The position numbers were made by a program, and so were the translations under genes. From an uncultured Acidobacteriota bacterium (GTDB lineage Bacteria > Acidobacteriota > UBA6911), in contig CAWEJX010000020.1 of assembly GCA_963809485.1 (NCBI GenBank), positions 256,001 to 320,000 of the forward strand: DNA of 64,000 nt, read 5' to 3'. Of the stretch, positions 42,727-53,079 are shown piece by piece; within the stretch, counting starts at the first letter, position 1; every line of letters starts with the position of its first letter. Under the pieces are notes generated by a model. That model had not been told where the DNA came from. It did no database searches and was given only the letters and a program-made list of their open reading frames with translations.

Positions 42727-44031
42727 ATGGCTCTCCTATATCCGTTTCAGGGATTTCGATATAGCCTGGAAGCAGTCCGGGACTTCAACCTGGTCGTCAC
42801 GCAGCCCTATGACAAAACCACACCCTCGATGCAGGATGCCTATTACCTGCGGTCCCCCTACAACGCCGTTCGCATCACTCTGAACCTTGAAAAGAGGGGG
42901 AATCCCGGCACCGACTATGCCGGCGCAGGCGCCACCTTCAGGCAATGGCTCGATCAAGGGATTTTGATCCAGGACCCACTGCCCGCCATTTATGCCTACT
43001 ATCAGCAATACGCCATGGAAGGCCAAGTCATTCTGCGCAAGGGATTCATTGCTCTTCTGGATTTGAAGGATTCCGGCGCGGGCATTCTTCCCCACGAACT
43101 CACGCTGGCGGCTCCCAAACAAGACCGTCTGCAACTCATGCGAAGCCTGGAAGGCAACGAAGATCTGATATACATGCTTTACGCGGATGCCGAACGGACC
43201 GTGAACGGAATCATGGACAGGAGTATATCGGGCAGGCGGCCGGTGATCGAAGTCCGGGATGAGTACGGGACGTTCCACCGAGTGTGGTCCATTACCGATC
43301 CGGCGGCTTTGAAAGGGATCGGGGATGCCATGCTTCCTTTAAAACTGTTCATCGCGGACGGGCACCACCGCTTCGAAACCTCCGTAAACTTCATGAAGGA
43401 ATGCGAGCAAAAAGGCTGGAAACCGGCGGGCTCCGCATCATTCGACAAACGCCTGATCGCCTGTTTCAACAGCGTGGATGGCGTGACGATTCTACCGACG
43501 CATCGCCTCATACGGGATCTTGCAGGATTTGACGCCGGCACATGCCTGAATGATATTCAACGGCATTTCCAGGTGGAACCGGCGGCAGCGCCGGAGGAAT
43601 TGTGGGAGAAAATGAAGCAGGGGATTCACGAAAGGGTTTTCGGCTTCTATCCCGCCGGCCTGAAAAAATTTTTCCTGCTACGGCTCAGGAAAGAGGCGTT
43701 CGAGGACCCTGCTTTGATGAAACATGGCGAAGCCTATCGCGACCTGGACGTCAGCATCCTGCATGCCCTGCTTCTGGAACACTACCTTGGAATCGATGAA
43801 GGCAGGCTTGCCGCCCAATCCAACCTGGATTATGCGCGCGACCCTGAATTCTGTATCCGTCAGGTGGACGAAGGCAAATATCAGGCGGTCTTTTTTCTTA
43901 ATCCGACGACAGCCGGGCAAATGATGCGCGTGGCTTCCCTCGGCGAACGCATGCCTCAGAAATCAACCGATTTCTTTCCCAAGCTTCTGACCGGCCTGGT
44001 CTTCATGAAGATGCAGATAGTAAAAATGTGA
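42727..44031 (+). CDS. DUF1015 family protein
   Basis: QPYD, ILPHELT, FIADGHHRFET and MPQKSTDFFPKLLTGL. Confidence 0.88.
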   Translation: MALLYPFQGFRYSLEAVRDFNLVVTQPYDKTTPSMQDAYYLRSPYNAVRITLNLEKRGNPGTDYAGAGATFRQWLDQGILIQDPLPAIYAYYQQYAMEGQVILRKGFIALLDLKDSGAGILPHELTLAAPKQDRLQLMRSLEGNEDLIYMLYADAERTVNGIMDRSISGRRPVIEVRDEYGTFHRVWSITDPAALKGIGDAMLPLKLFIADGHHRFETSVNFMKECEQKGWKPAGSASFDKRLIACFNSVDGVTILPTHRLIRDLAGFDAGTCLNDIQRHFQVEPAAAPEELWEKMKQGIHERVFGFYPAGLKKFFLLRLRKEAFEDPALMKHGEAYRDLDVSILHALLLEHYLGIDEGRLAAQSNLDYARDPEFCIRQVDEGKYQAVFFLNPTTAGQMMRVASLGERMPQKSTDFFPKLLTGLVFMKMQIVKM

Positions 44032-44116
44032 AGGTTTTTCGGACCTTTCATCCTTCGCGGCTTCGCCTGCCCGACCCCCCGGGTCCCGAAGAAGCAGACC
44101 GATAGGGTTTCCGGCT

Positions 44117-45664
44117 CTAAAGCTTTTCCGATATGGCCTTGGCCTGGGTAAACAGCAGAAGGTAATCCCTCCCCCCGGCCTTGGAATCCGTTCCGCTCAT
44201 GTTAAATCCGCCGAAAGGATGGACGCCGACAAGCGCTCCCGTGCACTTCCGGTTGATATAAAGGTTCCCCACATGACACTCATCTTTCGCCAAATCGATA
44301 TGCCTGCGGTTTGTGCAGAAGACCGATCCGGTCAGGCCGAACTCGCTGTCGTTGGCTATCCTGATGGCCTCCTGCAGATCCCGGGCCTTCATCACCGCCA
44401 GGACGGGCCCGAAGATTTCCTCCCTGGCGATTCTGGCCGAGGGTTTTACATCGGCGATGACCGTGGGCTGGACAAAATACCCGTCGCCCTCCGACGGTCC
44501 GCCCCCCGCCAGGAGGTTCCCCTCCTTCCGGCCGATTTCGACATATTCGAGTATGCTCTTCCTGGCATTTTCATTGATAACCGGACCCATGTAATTCTCG
44601 GGGTCCATCGCCGGCCCCACTTTAAGCGCGCGGATTTTCTCCACCAGTTTTGGCAGAAACTGCGGGTAGATTTTTTCGTGGAGGATCAACCGGGAACATG
44701 CCGAGCACTTCTGCCCCTGGTAGCCGAATGCGCTGACGACTGCGGCGGCGAGAGCGGCATCGAGGTCGGCGTCTTCATCCACGATAATGAAATCCTTGCC
44801 TCCCATCTCCGCCACCACGCGCTTGATCCAGATCTGCCCGGACTGGGTGCGCGCGGCCAATTCGGTAATTCCAAGGCCGACTTCCTTTGATCCCGTAAAC
44901 GACACGAAGCGGGTCCTGGGATGCTCGACCAGCGCATTACCGACGGATGCGCCGCTTCCCGTTACATAGTTCACCACGCCCGGAGGCAATCCCGCTTCCT
45001 CCAGGATGCTCACGAAAAAGGCTCCGACGGCCGGCGTATCCGAAGATGGCTTCAACACTACAGTGTTGCCCGCTACCAGGGCGGCGGTGGTCATTCCTAC
45101 AAGAATCGCGCACGGAAAGTTCCAGGGCGGGATGACCGCGCCAACTCCAAGAGGGATGTAGCGAAGCTCATTGTGCTCGCCCCTAAAAGGCGTGAGGGAT
45201 TGAGGGCCGGCGTAGCGGAGCGCTTCACGGCCATAAAACTCGCAGAAATCAATGGCTTCGGCGGTATCTGCATCCGCCTCCACCCAGGTTTTCCCGGCCT
45301 CCAGAATCATCCATGCGTTGTTTTCAAAGCGCCGGGAGCGGAGGATGCCGGCCGCACGGAACAGTATGTCGGCTCTCTCCCGGGCAGGCACTCTCTTCCA
45401 CTTTTCGAAAGCCTCACCGGCAATCTTTATAGCGTGGGCCGCCTGTTCCCTGCTGGCGCTCTGAAAAACGCCCACGATCTCAGATTTCTTGCTGGGATTT
45501 ATCGATTGAAACGTTCTATCCGACTTCAGGCGCTCAGAGCCGATCAGGAGGTTATACTCGCGGCCCAACTGAGACTGCACAAGCGCCAGCGCTTCGGCTT
45601 GATTGGTTCGGTTTGACTTCTGGCTGAAATCCAATACGGATTCATTTTGAAATTCCGTTGGCAT
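44117..45664 (-). CDS. pruA: L-glutamate gamma-semialdehyde (P5C) dehydrogenase
   Basis: PWNFP, FTGS, EMGGK, GQKCSA, EEIFGP and GTDSKAGG. Confidence 0.92.
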   Translation of the reverse strand: MPTEFQNESVLDFSQKSNRTNQAEALALVQSQLGREYNLLIGSERLKSDRTFQSINPSKKSEIVGVFQSASREQAAHAIKIAGEAFEKWKRVPARERADILFRAAGILRSRRFENNAWMILEAGKTWVEADADTAEAIDFCEFYGREALRYAGPQSLTPFRGEHNELRYIPLGVGAVIPPWNFPCAILVGMTTAALVAGNTVVLKPSSDTPAVGAFFVSILEEAGLPPGVVNYVTGSGASVGNALVEHPRTRFVSFTGSKEVGLGITELAARTQSGQIWIKRVVAEMGGKDFIIVDEDADLDAALAAAVVSAFGYQGQKCSACSRLILHEKIYPQFLPKLVEKIRALKVGPAMDPENYMGPVINENARKSILEYVEIGRKEGNLLAGGGPSEGDGYFVQPTVIADVKPSARIAREEIFGPVLAVMKARDLQEAIRIANDSEFGLTGSVFCTNRRHIDLAKDECHVGNLYINRKCTGALVGVHPFGGFNMSGTDSKAGGRDYLLLFTQAKAISEKL

Positions 45665-45837
45665 GAGGGTCCCTCCGTTGAACTATTAGGCTGATTCTAC
45701 CAGATCCCGGGATGTAAAGGCATGGGTCCCGGAATCAATGACCCCGAAGCCATTCGAATTTGGGATCCAATGGATTGATGCGGAACCCGTCTCCTGATAT
45801 CCTAATGTCAGTTCAAATTCCAAAGGAGAGGATACAA

Positions 45838-46347
45838 ATGCGCTTAAGGAAAACTCTTGGATGGATGGTTTGTCTTCTATTTGTCGTATCGGTTTTCGCC
45901 CAGGGGCCGAGAGGTAAGGCGGAACTGAAGGCCGGACCCGGCGCTATTACGATTGACTTCGGCCAACCGGCACTCAAAGGACGGGATATGCTGTCCAAGC
46001 TGGAGGTGGGGCAATCCTGGAGGATGGGATCCAATCAGGCGACCGTCATCAATACTCCCGTCGACCTGTCCTTCGGCTCTGTGAAGGTAGCCAAAGGGGC
46101 CTACAGCCTGTTTCTTAAACTGGCAGCCCCGGAAAAATTCGAGCTTGTGTTTAACTCCCAGACAGGACAGTGGGGAATGCAGCACGATGCCTCAAAGGAT
46201 GTCTACCAGGTTCCGCTCAAGAAAGAAGCCCTATCGAGTCCGGTGGAAGTTTTCCAGATCGAACTCAAAAGCGCGCCTAAAGGCGGCGTGTTTGTGTTGA
46301 GCTGGGGGACTATTAAACTGTCGACCGATTTCCAGTTTGCACAATGA
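45838..46347 (+). CDS. DUF2911 domain secreted protein
   Basis: Signal peptide, P..KGR, WRMGSNQAT, GAYSLF and GQWG. Confidence 0.8.
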   Translation: MRLRKTLGWMVCLLFVVSVFAQGPRGKAELKAGPGAITIDFGQPALKGRDMLSKLEVGQSWRMGSNQATVINTPVDLSFGSVKVAKGAYSLFLKLAAPEKFELVFNSQTGQWGMQHDASKDVYQVPLKKEALSSPVEVFQIELKSAPKGGVFVLSWGTIKLSTDFQFAQ

Positions 46348-46461
46348 GCGAAATCCTTTAGTCTTTAGGCCTGCGGCGCGGCCATTCGAAGGCTCGAAGC
46401 GTTCGGGGGATCTCTCGTTGAATGCGCTGGAATCCAGCCGGAATTTTGCCTGTCGAGGCAG

Positions 46462-46490
46462 TTGACTCGATCGGAACGGAATGCTAGATT
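46462..46490 (+). promoter_or_regulatory. Sigma-70 promoter of gcvT-gcvH
   Basis: TTGACT-N17-TAGATT about 30 bp upstream of the start codon. Confidence 0.55.
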
Positions 46491-46521
46491 CGCACGCAGT
46501 TGCTTTCAATGGAGGTTCCCT

Positions 46522-47619
46522 TTGACTCCTGTCCAGCTTAAAAAGACCGCTCTGAATGCGATTCACCGCCAGCTTGGCGCCCGGATGGTGGATTTTGCCG
46601 GATGGGATATGCCGGTACAGTATGCAGGACCGATGCCGGAGCACGTTGCAGTCAGAGCGAAGGCCGGCATTTTTGACGTCAGTCACATGGGGGAAATTGA
46701 AGTCAACGGCGCCAACGCAGAAGCAACTCTTCAGAAACTCACCTGCAACGACGTAAGCCGCATCGCCGTCTCGCAGTGTCAATACACCGCATTGACCACC
46801 CCGCGGGGCACTTTTATCGACGACCTTCTCATCTATCGCAAGTCGCCCGACAGCTTCTTTTTGTGCGTCAACGCCTCGAATCAGGACAAGGATTATGCGT
46901 GGATACGAGACAACGCGCTTCCAAACACGGACGTAGTATTTCGAAGCAACGATTTCTCCCAGCTGGCGATACAGGGGCCGTGCGCGCTGGGAATCCTTCA
47001 ACCGCTGACCGCGATCAACCTGGCCGGCATGAAGTACTACTGGTTTGCCCAGGGAAAATTCGCGGGGGTCGATTCCATCGTTTCCCGGACCGGATACACC
47101 GGGGAAGATGGTTTCGAAATATATTGCGGCCCGGCCGAAACCGAAAAGGTTTGGACCCGAATCATGGAGTCGGGCAAACCCTTCGGGCTCGAACCTGCGG
47201 GTCTGGCAGCGCGTAACACGCTTCGGCTCGAAGCCGCGATGATGCTGTACGGCAATGATATCGATGAGACCACCACCGTTCTCGAAGCCGGCTTGGGTTG
47301 GATCTGCAAGCCTGCAAAGGGGGATTTCATCGGACGCGACGTGCTTCTCCGGCAACGCGAATCAGGAGTAAAGCGCGCCCTTGCGGGATTTGAAATGGTC
47401 GATCGCGGCATAGCCCGGGACCACTATCCCGTCGAACTCGAGGGCGCGCCTGCCGGCAGGGTCACCAGCGGAAGCCCGGCTCCCTTTTTGAAGAAAAACA
47501 TCGGACTGACATACCTTCCCTCGGACCGGACAGCCGCGGGGACGGAATTCGACGTGATCATTCGAGAAAAGCCGGTCAAAGCCAGGGTTGTTCCAACGCC
47601 TTTTTACAGGAGAGCATAA
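46522..47619 (+). CDS. gcvT: Glycine cleavage system aminomethyltransferase T
   Basis: [29 protein letters not shown] and [15 protein letters not shown] start after GGAGG. Confidence 0.95.
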   Translation: MTPVQLKKTALNAIHRQLGARMVDFAGWDMPVQYAGPMPEHVAVRAKAGIFDVSHMGEIEVNGANAEATLQKLTCNDVSRIAVSQCQYTALTTPRGTFIDDLLIYRKSPDSFFLCVNASNQDKDYAWIRDNALPNTDVVFRSNDFSQLAIQGPCALGILQPLTAINLAGMKYYWFAQGKFAGVDSIVSRTGYTGEDGFEIYCGPAETEKVWTRIMESGKPFGLEPAGLAARNTLRLEAAMMLYGNDIDETTTVLEAGLGWICKPAKGDFIGRDVLLRQRESGVKRALAGFEMVDRGIARDHYPVELEGAPAGRVTSGSPAPFLKKNIGLTYLPSDRTAAGTEFDVIIREKPVKARVVPTPFYRRA

Positions 47620-47660
47620 CCGGTCAAACTACCAATAAACAGAAACCACGGAGGCGATCG

Positions 47661-48050
47661 ATGTATCCCGAGGAAAATCTCTACAGCAAAGATCACGAAT
47701 GGATTTCGGTTCAGAACGATATTGGGACCATCGGTATCACGGACTATGCCCAGCACGAACTGGGCGATGTTGTGTACGTGGATCTGCCGGAGGTTGGCGA
47801 CACCTTCGAGGCCAGCGAGCCCTTCGGCTCGGTAGAATCGGTCAAAGCCGTCTCGGAGGTTTTTTGTCCTGTAGGCGGAGAAGTAATTGAAGTGAATTCG
47901 AAGCTCGAAGAAAGCCCCGAACTGATCAACGAATCGCCCCACCAGAAGGCCTGGATGATCAGGATTCGCCTCAATAACCCTGAAGAGCTCAAGGAACTCC
48001 TCAGCTCGGAAGAATACGAGGAGTATCTCGAGGAACAGTCGGGCGAATAA
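47661..48050 (+). CDS. gcvH: Glycine cleavage system H protein
   Basis: HEWI, GITDYAQ..LGDVVYV and lipoyl motif VESVKA. Confidence 0.96.
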   Translation: MYPEENLYSKDHEWISVQNDIGTIGITDYAQHELGDVVYVDLPEVGDTFEASEPFGSVESVKAVSEVFCPVGGEVIEVNSKLEESPELINESPHQKAWMIRIRLNNPEELKELLSSEEYEEYLEEQSGE

Positions 48051-48193
48051 ATATCGGAACGGGATCCGCAAACAGGCGGAAGCGGCATCCCCGGATCCCG
48101 TTTCCCGCGCCCCCTGCAGATCCTCTCCCTTCCGCCGATTGACGGATTGACTGCAGAGGAATCAGGATTCACAATGCATCAAGGCAACATGGC

Positions 48194-48754
48194 GTGAAAA
48201 TAGCCGGGGCAAAGGAGGTCGATCTGGGTATGGCGGAGGATGTTGATGTTGAAGGGGAAGATGCAAGACGGAAGGGCACCTGGAAAAAGGCGGCGAAGGT
48301 CTCCCTCGGCGTGCTGGGAGGCCTGTCGCTACTGATGGGCTACATCAGCGCCGCAGGAATGCAGGAATCCGAGCGCGAAGTTGCAGCGCGCAAGCCCATT
48401 GATGATTTCTTCGCGGCATTTAATGGCCGCGACCTGGAGTCCGGCCGAAGAACACTCCATTACCCCCACATTCAGATTGCAGGCAATGAACTGAGCATTC
48501 TGAACGATCCGCAATCCTTCCAGATCGATTTTCAGTCGCTCGCCGCGGAAGGCTGGACGCATACCACCCTGGACTCCTGCGAAATGAGGCAAAGCTGCGA
48601 CGAGAAAGTTCATTTCGAGGTTCAGCTCAGTATGCACAAAGCCGATAACGCCCGCTATGCAACCTATCAAGCGCTCTGGATCGTGACCCAAATCGATGGA
48701 CTATGGGGCATCCAATGCCGCTCCATCTTTCCCAGCAGCACCCGGTCCTCCTAG
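48194..48754 (+). CDS. Hypothetical membrane-anchored protein with NTF2/SnoaL-like domain
   Basis: One hydrophobic segment, then FFAAFN..D...LHYPH...W..T...KVH and WGIQ.RS. The fold is inferred. Confidence 0.55.
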   Translation: MKIAGAKEVDLGMAEDVDVEGEDARRKGTWKKAAKVSLGVLGGLSLLMGYISAAGMQESEREVAARKPIDDFFAAFNGRDLESGRRTLHYPHIQIAGNELSILNDPQSFQIDFQSLAAEGWTHTTLDSCEMRQSCDEKVHFEVQLSMHKADNARYATYQALWIVTQIDGLWGIQCRSIFPSSTRSS

Positions 48755-48934
48755 CCGGCCCGGAGAGCCGGCCGTATCGGAACGGCTCCATTCAAGAACC
48801 TGCCTGAACCGGGGGGATGTCTTTGCAGTTGCAGAACGCCGGCTGCAAACTTGCCGCTTGCAGCCGGCGACCCGCGATCTGGAACCTGCGGCATTGATGT
48901 CGGAGAATCCCGCATTCTGCCGTCGTAAAGACGC

Positions 48935-50404
48935 TTATACGTTTTGAAGGGCTTCAACAAATCCGTGAAAATCGCCGTGCCGCGGGAAGAGGCTCTCAAA
49001 AAGCTTCGGCGCGATGCGCAGAGTATCTTCGAGAGTCAGGCAATATTGCATTTTGCCGAAGCGGCTCCGAAATTCCGCGACTTCACCCGCCACGCTTTTC
49101 TTCTGCAGAATCACATCGGCAATCATGCGGGCTAGCTCCTCAAAGTCCGTTTCCTTCATCCCGAACCGGGTCATTTCCTGCACGCCCATGCGAATTCCGC
49201 TGGGGTGGTAAAAAGTCTCGTCCTTCGGCAGCGCCTGGTAATTGGTGATGATATTGCTGGATTCCAGCCTCGAGGCGATTTCCTTCGCATCCCCGAAGGC
49301 TTGCACCCGGATGATCACCTGATGCGTATGCGTGTACCCTTCGGCTTCCCCGCCCTCCACCGGAACGCCCCGGGAGGCACACGCTCTGGCAAAGGCGCGC
49401 GCGTTGGACAGCACCTGCTTCTGGTACGAATTCCTAAAAGCATTCATCTCGATCGTGGCAGCCAGCATGGCCAGTTGTGTACCCAGGTGATGATTGCTGG
49501 TTGATCCGGGAAATGTCCGGGCGACAATCTCCGTCCAAAGCTTGCGGAATGGCCCGTCTGCAGGCATCTTCGCGGCGATGATTCCCCGCTGGGGACCAAA
49601 AAACGTCTTGTGCGTCGATCCGGTCACCATGCTTGCGCCTTCGGTCAGAGGATCCTGAAACAGGGGGCCCAGGATTCCCAGCACATGAGCGCCGTCGTAC
49701 ATCACCAGCGGGGCATAATCCGGAATGCCATCGATGAAGGACCGGGCCTGCCGGACAGGCTCCGGATGCAGAAACATGCTTTTTCCGAAAACAATCAGTG
49801 ACGGCCGGTGCCTGTCCATCAGCTCGACCATCCTTTGCACATCAAGCCTGTAAGGGTTTTTCTCATCGACAGGGAAATTGACAATGTGATCTTCCGCAAA
49901 ATTAAAGAGCGCGCCATAAGGTTGCGCCGAGAGATGGCCGCCAAAATTGAGATCGTTGTTCATGACGCATGTCAGGCGCCCCGTGGAACCCAGAGCGGGA
50001 AATCCCTTGGGATTCGACGACAGGAATTTCACGAGTCCTTTGAAGACAATTTCGTTGGCCATCTGGCCGCTCACCGGTCTTGTCTCGACTTCGTTCCCGC
50101 CGATGAATTCCGCGAATTCGGATTTCAGGCGCTGCTCAACATCGTAGATGAAATCAGCTCCCTGGTAGTAGTAGACCTGATCTCCCTTAAGCGCGCCGGT
50201 CCCTGCCAGCGAGTCGAGTTCCCGCTTAAGCGCCGTCTTGTGTTCGGCGTAACGGCCCGAGGGATCGCCTATTTCGCAAAGCTTGACAAATAAAGAAGGC
50301 GTGTTCTCGGAGGGTATGAGGTTCAGGCACATTCTCTGGCGCCAATGATTATTACCCGAGATTTTTTCTGCAAGGTCACTGAGTTTCTGTTCCAATGAGG
50401 TCAT
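48935..50404 (-). CDS. glyA: Serine hydroxymethyltransferase-family PLP enzyme (atypical, archaeal-like)
   Basis: NLIPSEN, GGHLS, YDGAH, STHKTFFGPQRG (PLP Lys), FPGSTSNHH and SGIRMG. Confidence 0.8.
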   Translation of the reverse strand: MTSLEQKLSDLAEKISGNNHWRQRMCLNLIPSENTPSLFVKLCEIGDPSGRYAEHKTALKRELDSLAGTGALKGDQVYYYQGADFIYDVEQRLKSEFAEFIGGNEVETRPVSGQMANEIVFKGLVKFLSSNPKGFPALGSTGRLTCVMNNDLNFGGHLSAQPYGALFNFAEDHIVNFPVDEKNPYRLDVQRMVELMDRHRPSLIVFGKSMFLHPEPVRQARSFIDGIPDYAPLVMYDGAHVLGILGPLFQDPLTEGASMVTGSTHKTFFGPQRGIIAAKMPADGPFRKLWTEIVARTFPGSTSNHHLGTQLAMLAATIEMNAFRNSYQKQVLSNARAFARACASRGVPVEGGEAEGYTHTHQVIIRVQAFGDAKEIASRLESSNIITNYQALPKDETFYHPSGIRMGVQEMTRFGMKETDFEELARMIADVILQKKSVAGEVAEFRSRFGKMQYCLTLEDTLRIAPKLFESLFPRHGDFHGFVEALQNV

Positions 50405-50434
50405 GTTGATTCTCCATTTTGCGGGACTGCAATT

Positions 50435-51253
50435 TTACGGATTGGGGTTCACACTGCGAAGTTTTTCGGCGACAACAGCAATATCCGGGCGGCTGGACAA
50501 ATCGAGGACGGCGCTATGGAATGTAAGCACCCTATACCGCTCCCCGAGCGCGTCCATGGAATACTGGATCGCATCGGTCAGTTCCAGTTCTCCCCGGACA
50601 GAGGGCCGGATGCTGAGACATGCCTGAAAAATCGCCGGCGAAAAGAGCCAGCAATTCATGCTGACAAGGATGGGGAAACCCAGCTCACGAATCGTTGTTT
50701 CATCCGGCTTTTCATAAATGCGCTTCAGGCAGCCCTCATCGTCCGCTTTGGCCACAGCAAACTTCAGCACCCGGTCTTCGGGTATGTTGCTTTCGGAGAC
50801 CAATCGGTCGCGATCGAAGAGAGCGACGCCCGCCTGACCCAGTTCCCTCAATGCGGCGAGAGCGGCGGAAGGATAATAGTTGTCCGAGTTGATCGCCAGA
50901 AAATGCTTCCGGCCGGCAAATTCCCTTGCAGCCAGCACGGCGTCCGCCGTTCCGAGAGGCTTTTCCTGGACAGCGAAATGAATCCGGACCCGTTTGGGCG
51001 GCGACTGCATCCCGTAGTAGTCGCGCATGGATTGATGCTCCGGGCCTATAACCAGGCACACATCGGAGTAACCCGCATCCGCGAGGCCGCTCAAAACATA
51101 ATCCAGGAATGGCCGGCCAATTGGAATCATGGCCTTGACGCCGGCCCCCGCAATTTCGATCTGGTCGCGGCTCAGCACGGCGGATTCATCGGGCTTCCGC
51201 ATCCGCGTTCCCAGCCCGCGGGCCATAATGACCGCCTTTGTGACTCGATCCAT
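50435..51253 (-). CDS. Sugar-phosphate nucleotidyltransferase (RmlA-like family)
   Basis: AVIMARGLGTRM, QEKPLGTADA, EKP and SVRGELELTDA; start uncertain. Confidence 0.8.
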   Translation of the reverse strand: MDRVTKAVIMARGLGTRMRKPDESAVLSRDQIEIAGAGVKAMIPIGRPFLDYVLSGLADAGYSDVCLVIGPEHQSMRDYYGMQSPPKRVRIHFAVQEKPLGTADAVLAAREFAGRKHFLAINSDNYYPSAALAALRELGQAGVALFDRDRLVSESNIPEDRVLKFAVAKADDEGCLKRIYEKPDETTIRELGFPILVSMNCWLFSPAIFQACLSIRPSVRGELELTDAIQYSMDALGERYRVLTFHSAVLDLSSRPDIAVVAEKLRSVNPNP

Positions 51254-51512
51254 GTCCGTCACCTCAGGATGATCATACAACGGAAATCGCGGATGCAGCC
51301 GCAAATCTCTGCGAAAAGGAATCAAAATCCTGGTTCCCGCGCGGGCTGCATCCGTTGTATGCTTGATGGATTGATGATGCAGGTTTCCTTTCTTTTTGAA
51401 CGGCAATGGGAAGCTGGAAACAGAAAGCGGCAATTTGGGTTCCCGCTTCTGTGCCCACGCTTACTGATTGCCGCAATTGACCATAGGGTAGCGCTTCGCA
51501 TGGGGGGCAACC

Positions 51513-52952
51513 GTGGAGCTTCAGGCTCTGGAAATACGCACGATCGAATCCGCCGGAATGGATTTCTGGATGACCAGCGTGATACGGGAGTGCGACCGTG
51601 TGCAGAATGAGCTAGCGCCCGATCCCATCCATGACCTGCGCGTCGCGCTCAGACGCTGCCGGTCCATGGCCGACGGATACATGGCCTTCGATCCGCATCC
51701 AGCCTGGAAGCAAATGAAGGATGAAGGACGGAGGCTTTTTCGGCAGCTCGGCGCCCTGCGCGATACCCAGGTCATGCTGGCGTGGAACGAAAAGCTCGCC
51801 CCGTCGGCAGACGCCGCTTCCATTGCCTTGAACCGTCACCTCACCTATGAGGGGGGCCGCCTGAAGGAAGGCGCTTCGGAGGCGATCCGGCGCTTTAACC
51901 GGAAAAAGTGGCTTGCATGGACGAGGCTGCTGGGCGAGCACACACTGAGGGTGCCTGCGGGAAGCCTGGCGTTCCATCACCTGGCCCTGGAACGCTGGTC
52001 CGAGGTGCATCATCTGCATCGCCAGGCCCTGCGTAACCGGAGCCGAATCGGCTATCACCGGCTTAGAATCGGTCTTAAGAAATTTCGCTACACCATTGAG
52101 AATTTTCTTCCGGACCTCCACGGCCTCTGGGGCCCCGAGCTAAAAGAGCTTCAGGATCTTCTGGGTGAAGTGCACGACCTGGATGTGCTGTGGCGAACCG
52201 CCGTCTACATCAAAGCCTTTCCCGGCGACCCAGCCCGTCTCGAGTGGAGGCAGAGAATTGAGGATGAGCGATTTCGGCGGCTGCAAAGCTATCACGCAAG
52301 GATGACGGGCAAAGCATCCCTGCTGTCGGTGTGGCGTTCGGGACTTCCGGCCGCCGATCGGATCCAGCCCGCCCTGCTGGCCCGCGTCGGAAGCTGGGCA
52401 GCGTACCGGGATCCCGATTCGGCCAGCTCGAAGCACGTGGCAAGACTCGCGTTGCAGCTCTATGACGGTTTGGATTCGCTGGGTTTGATACCCAAGGGCG
52501 TCCTTCCGAATGCGCGTTTCATACTGAACGCCGCGGCTCTGGCGCAAAAGGTCGGATTATGCCGGGCGCGTAAAAAACACCAGATCCACTCTTACCGCAT
52601 TATGCGCAAGCTCAAACCCCAGACGGGCTGCGATGCCGAGTGCCTCCGGTATATGACCCTCGTCGCCCGTTTCCATCGCGGCTCACTTCCCCGCTCCGGG
52701 CAGAAAGCTTTTGCCGGGATGTCCGGAGACGTGAAAAGCCTTGTCTTTATGCTCTGCGGCATTTTGAGGCTGGCAAACTCTTTCGATGTGCCCCGTCAAA
52801 GGCGCATCAACCGTATCGAGTTGAAGAGGCAAGGCGGTGTCCTGATGCTCACAGCCCCGGGATATTCCGCCAACGACAAATTGGCCGAAAAACTCGCAGC
52901 AGCGCGCCATCTGCTCGAGAGTTGTCTCCGGCTGCCTATCCTGATTGGCTGA
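51513..52952 (+). CDS. CHAD domain protein fused to a degenerate Ppx/GppA-type HD domain
   Basis: IHDLRVALRR, LGALRD, HRLRI..KKFRY and LQDLLGEVHD (CHAD); then HVARLALQLYD...RFHR...ILRLA. Confidence 0.78.
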   Translation: MELQALEIRTIESAGMDFWMTSVIRECDRVQNELAPDPIHDLRVALRRCRSMADGYMAFDPHPAWKQMKDEGRRLFRQLGALRDTQVMLAWNEKLAPSADAASIALNRHLTYEGGRLKEGASEAIRRFNRKKWLAWTRLLGEHTLRVPAGSLAFHHLALERWSEVHHLHRQALRNRSRIGYHRLRIGLKKFRYTIENFLPDLHGLWGPELKELQDLLGEVHDLDVLWRTAVYIKAFPGDPARLEWRQRIEDERFRRLQSYHARMTGKASLLSVWRSGLPAADRIQPALLARVGSWAAYRDPDSASSKHVARLALQLYDGLDSLGLIPKGVLPNARFILNAAALAQKVGLCRARKKHQIHSYRIMRKLKPQTGCDAECLRYMTLVARFHRGSLPRSGQKAFAGMSGDVKSLVFMLCGILRLANSFDVPRQRRINRIELKRQGGVLMLTAPGYSANDKLAEKLAAARHLLESCLRLPILIG

Positions 52953-53079
52953 GAGTTTTGTCGCTGCCCGCGTGTTGTTCGCATGCCGTTCTTCCCCTAT
53001 GCAAAAATGTTCCCTGCGCCAAGCGATGCGCATCGAGGCCAATCATCTGAAAATAAATGGTCTCAGTCCCGAGCCAGAA

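Noticed and set aside
46348-46521. Glycine riboswitch upstream of gcvT
   Set aside because: No GGAGA...CCGAAG...CTCTCAGG aptamer pattern, and a promoter-like sequence lies only about 30 bp before the start.
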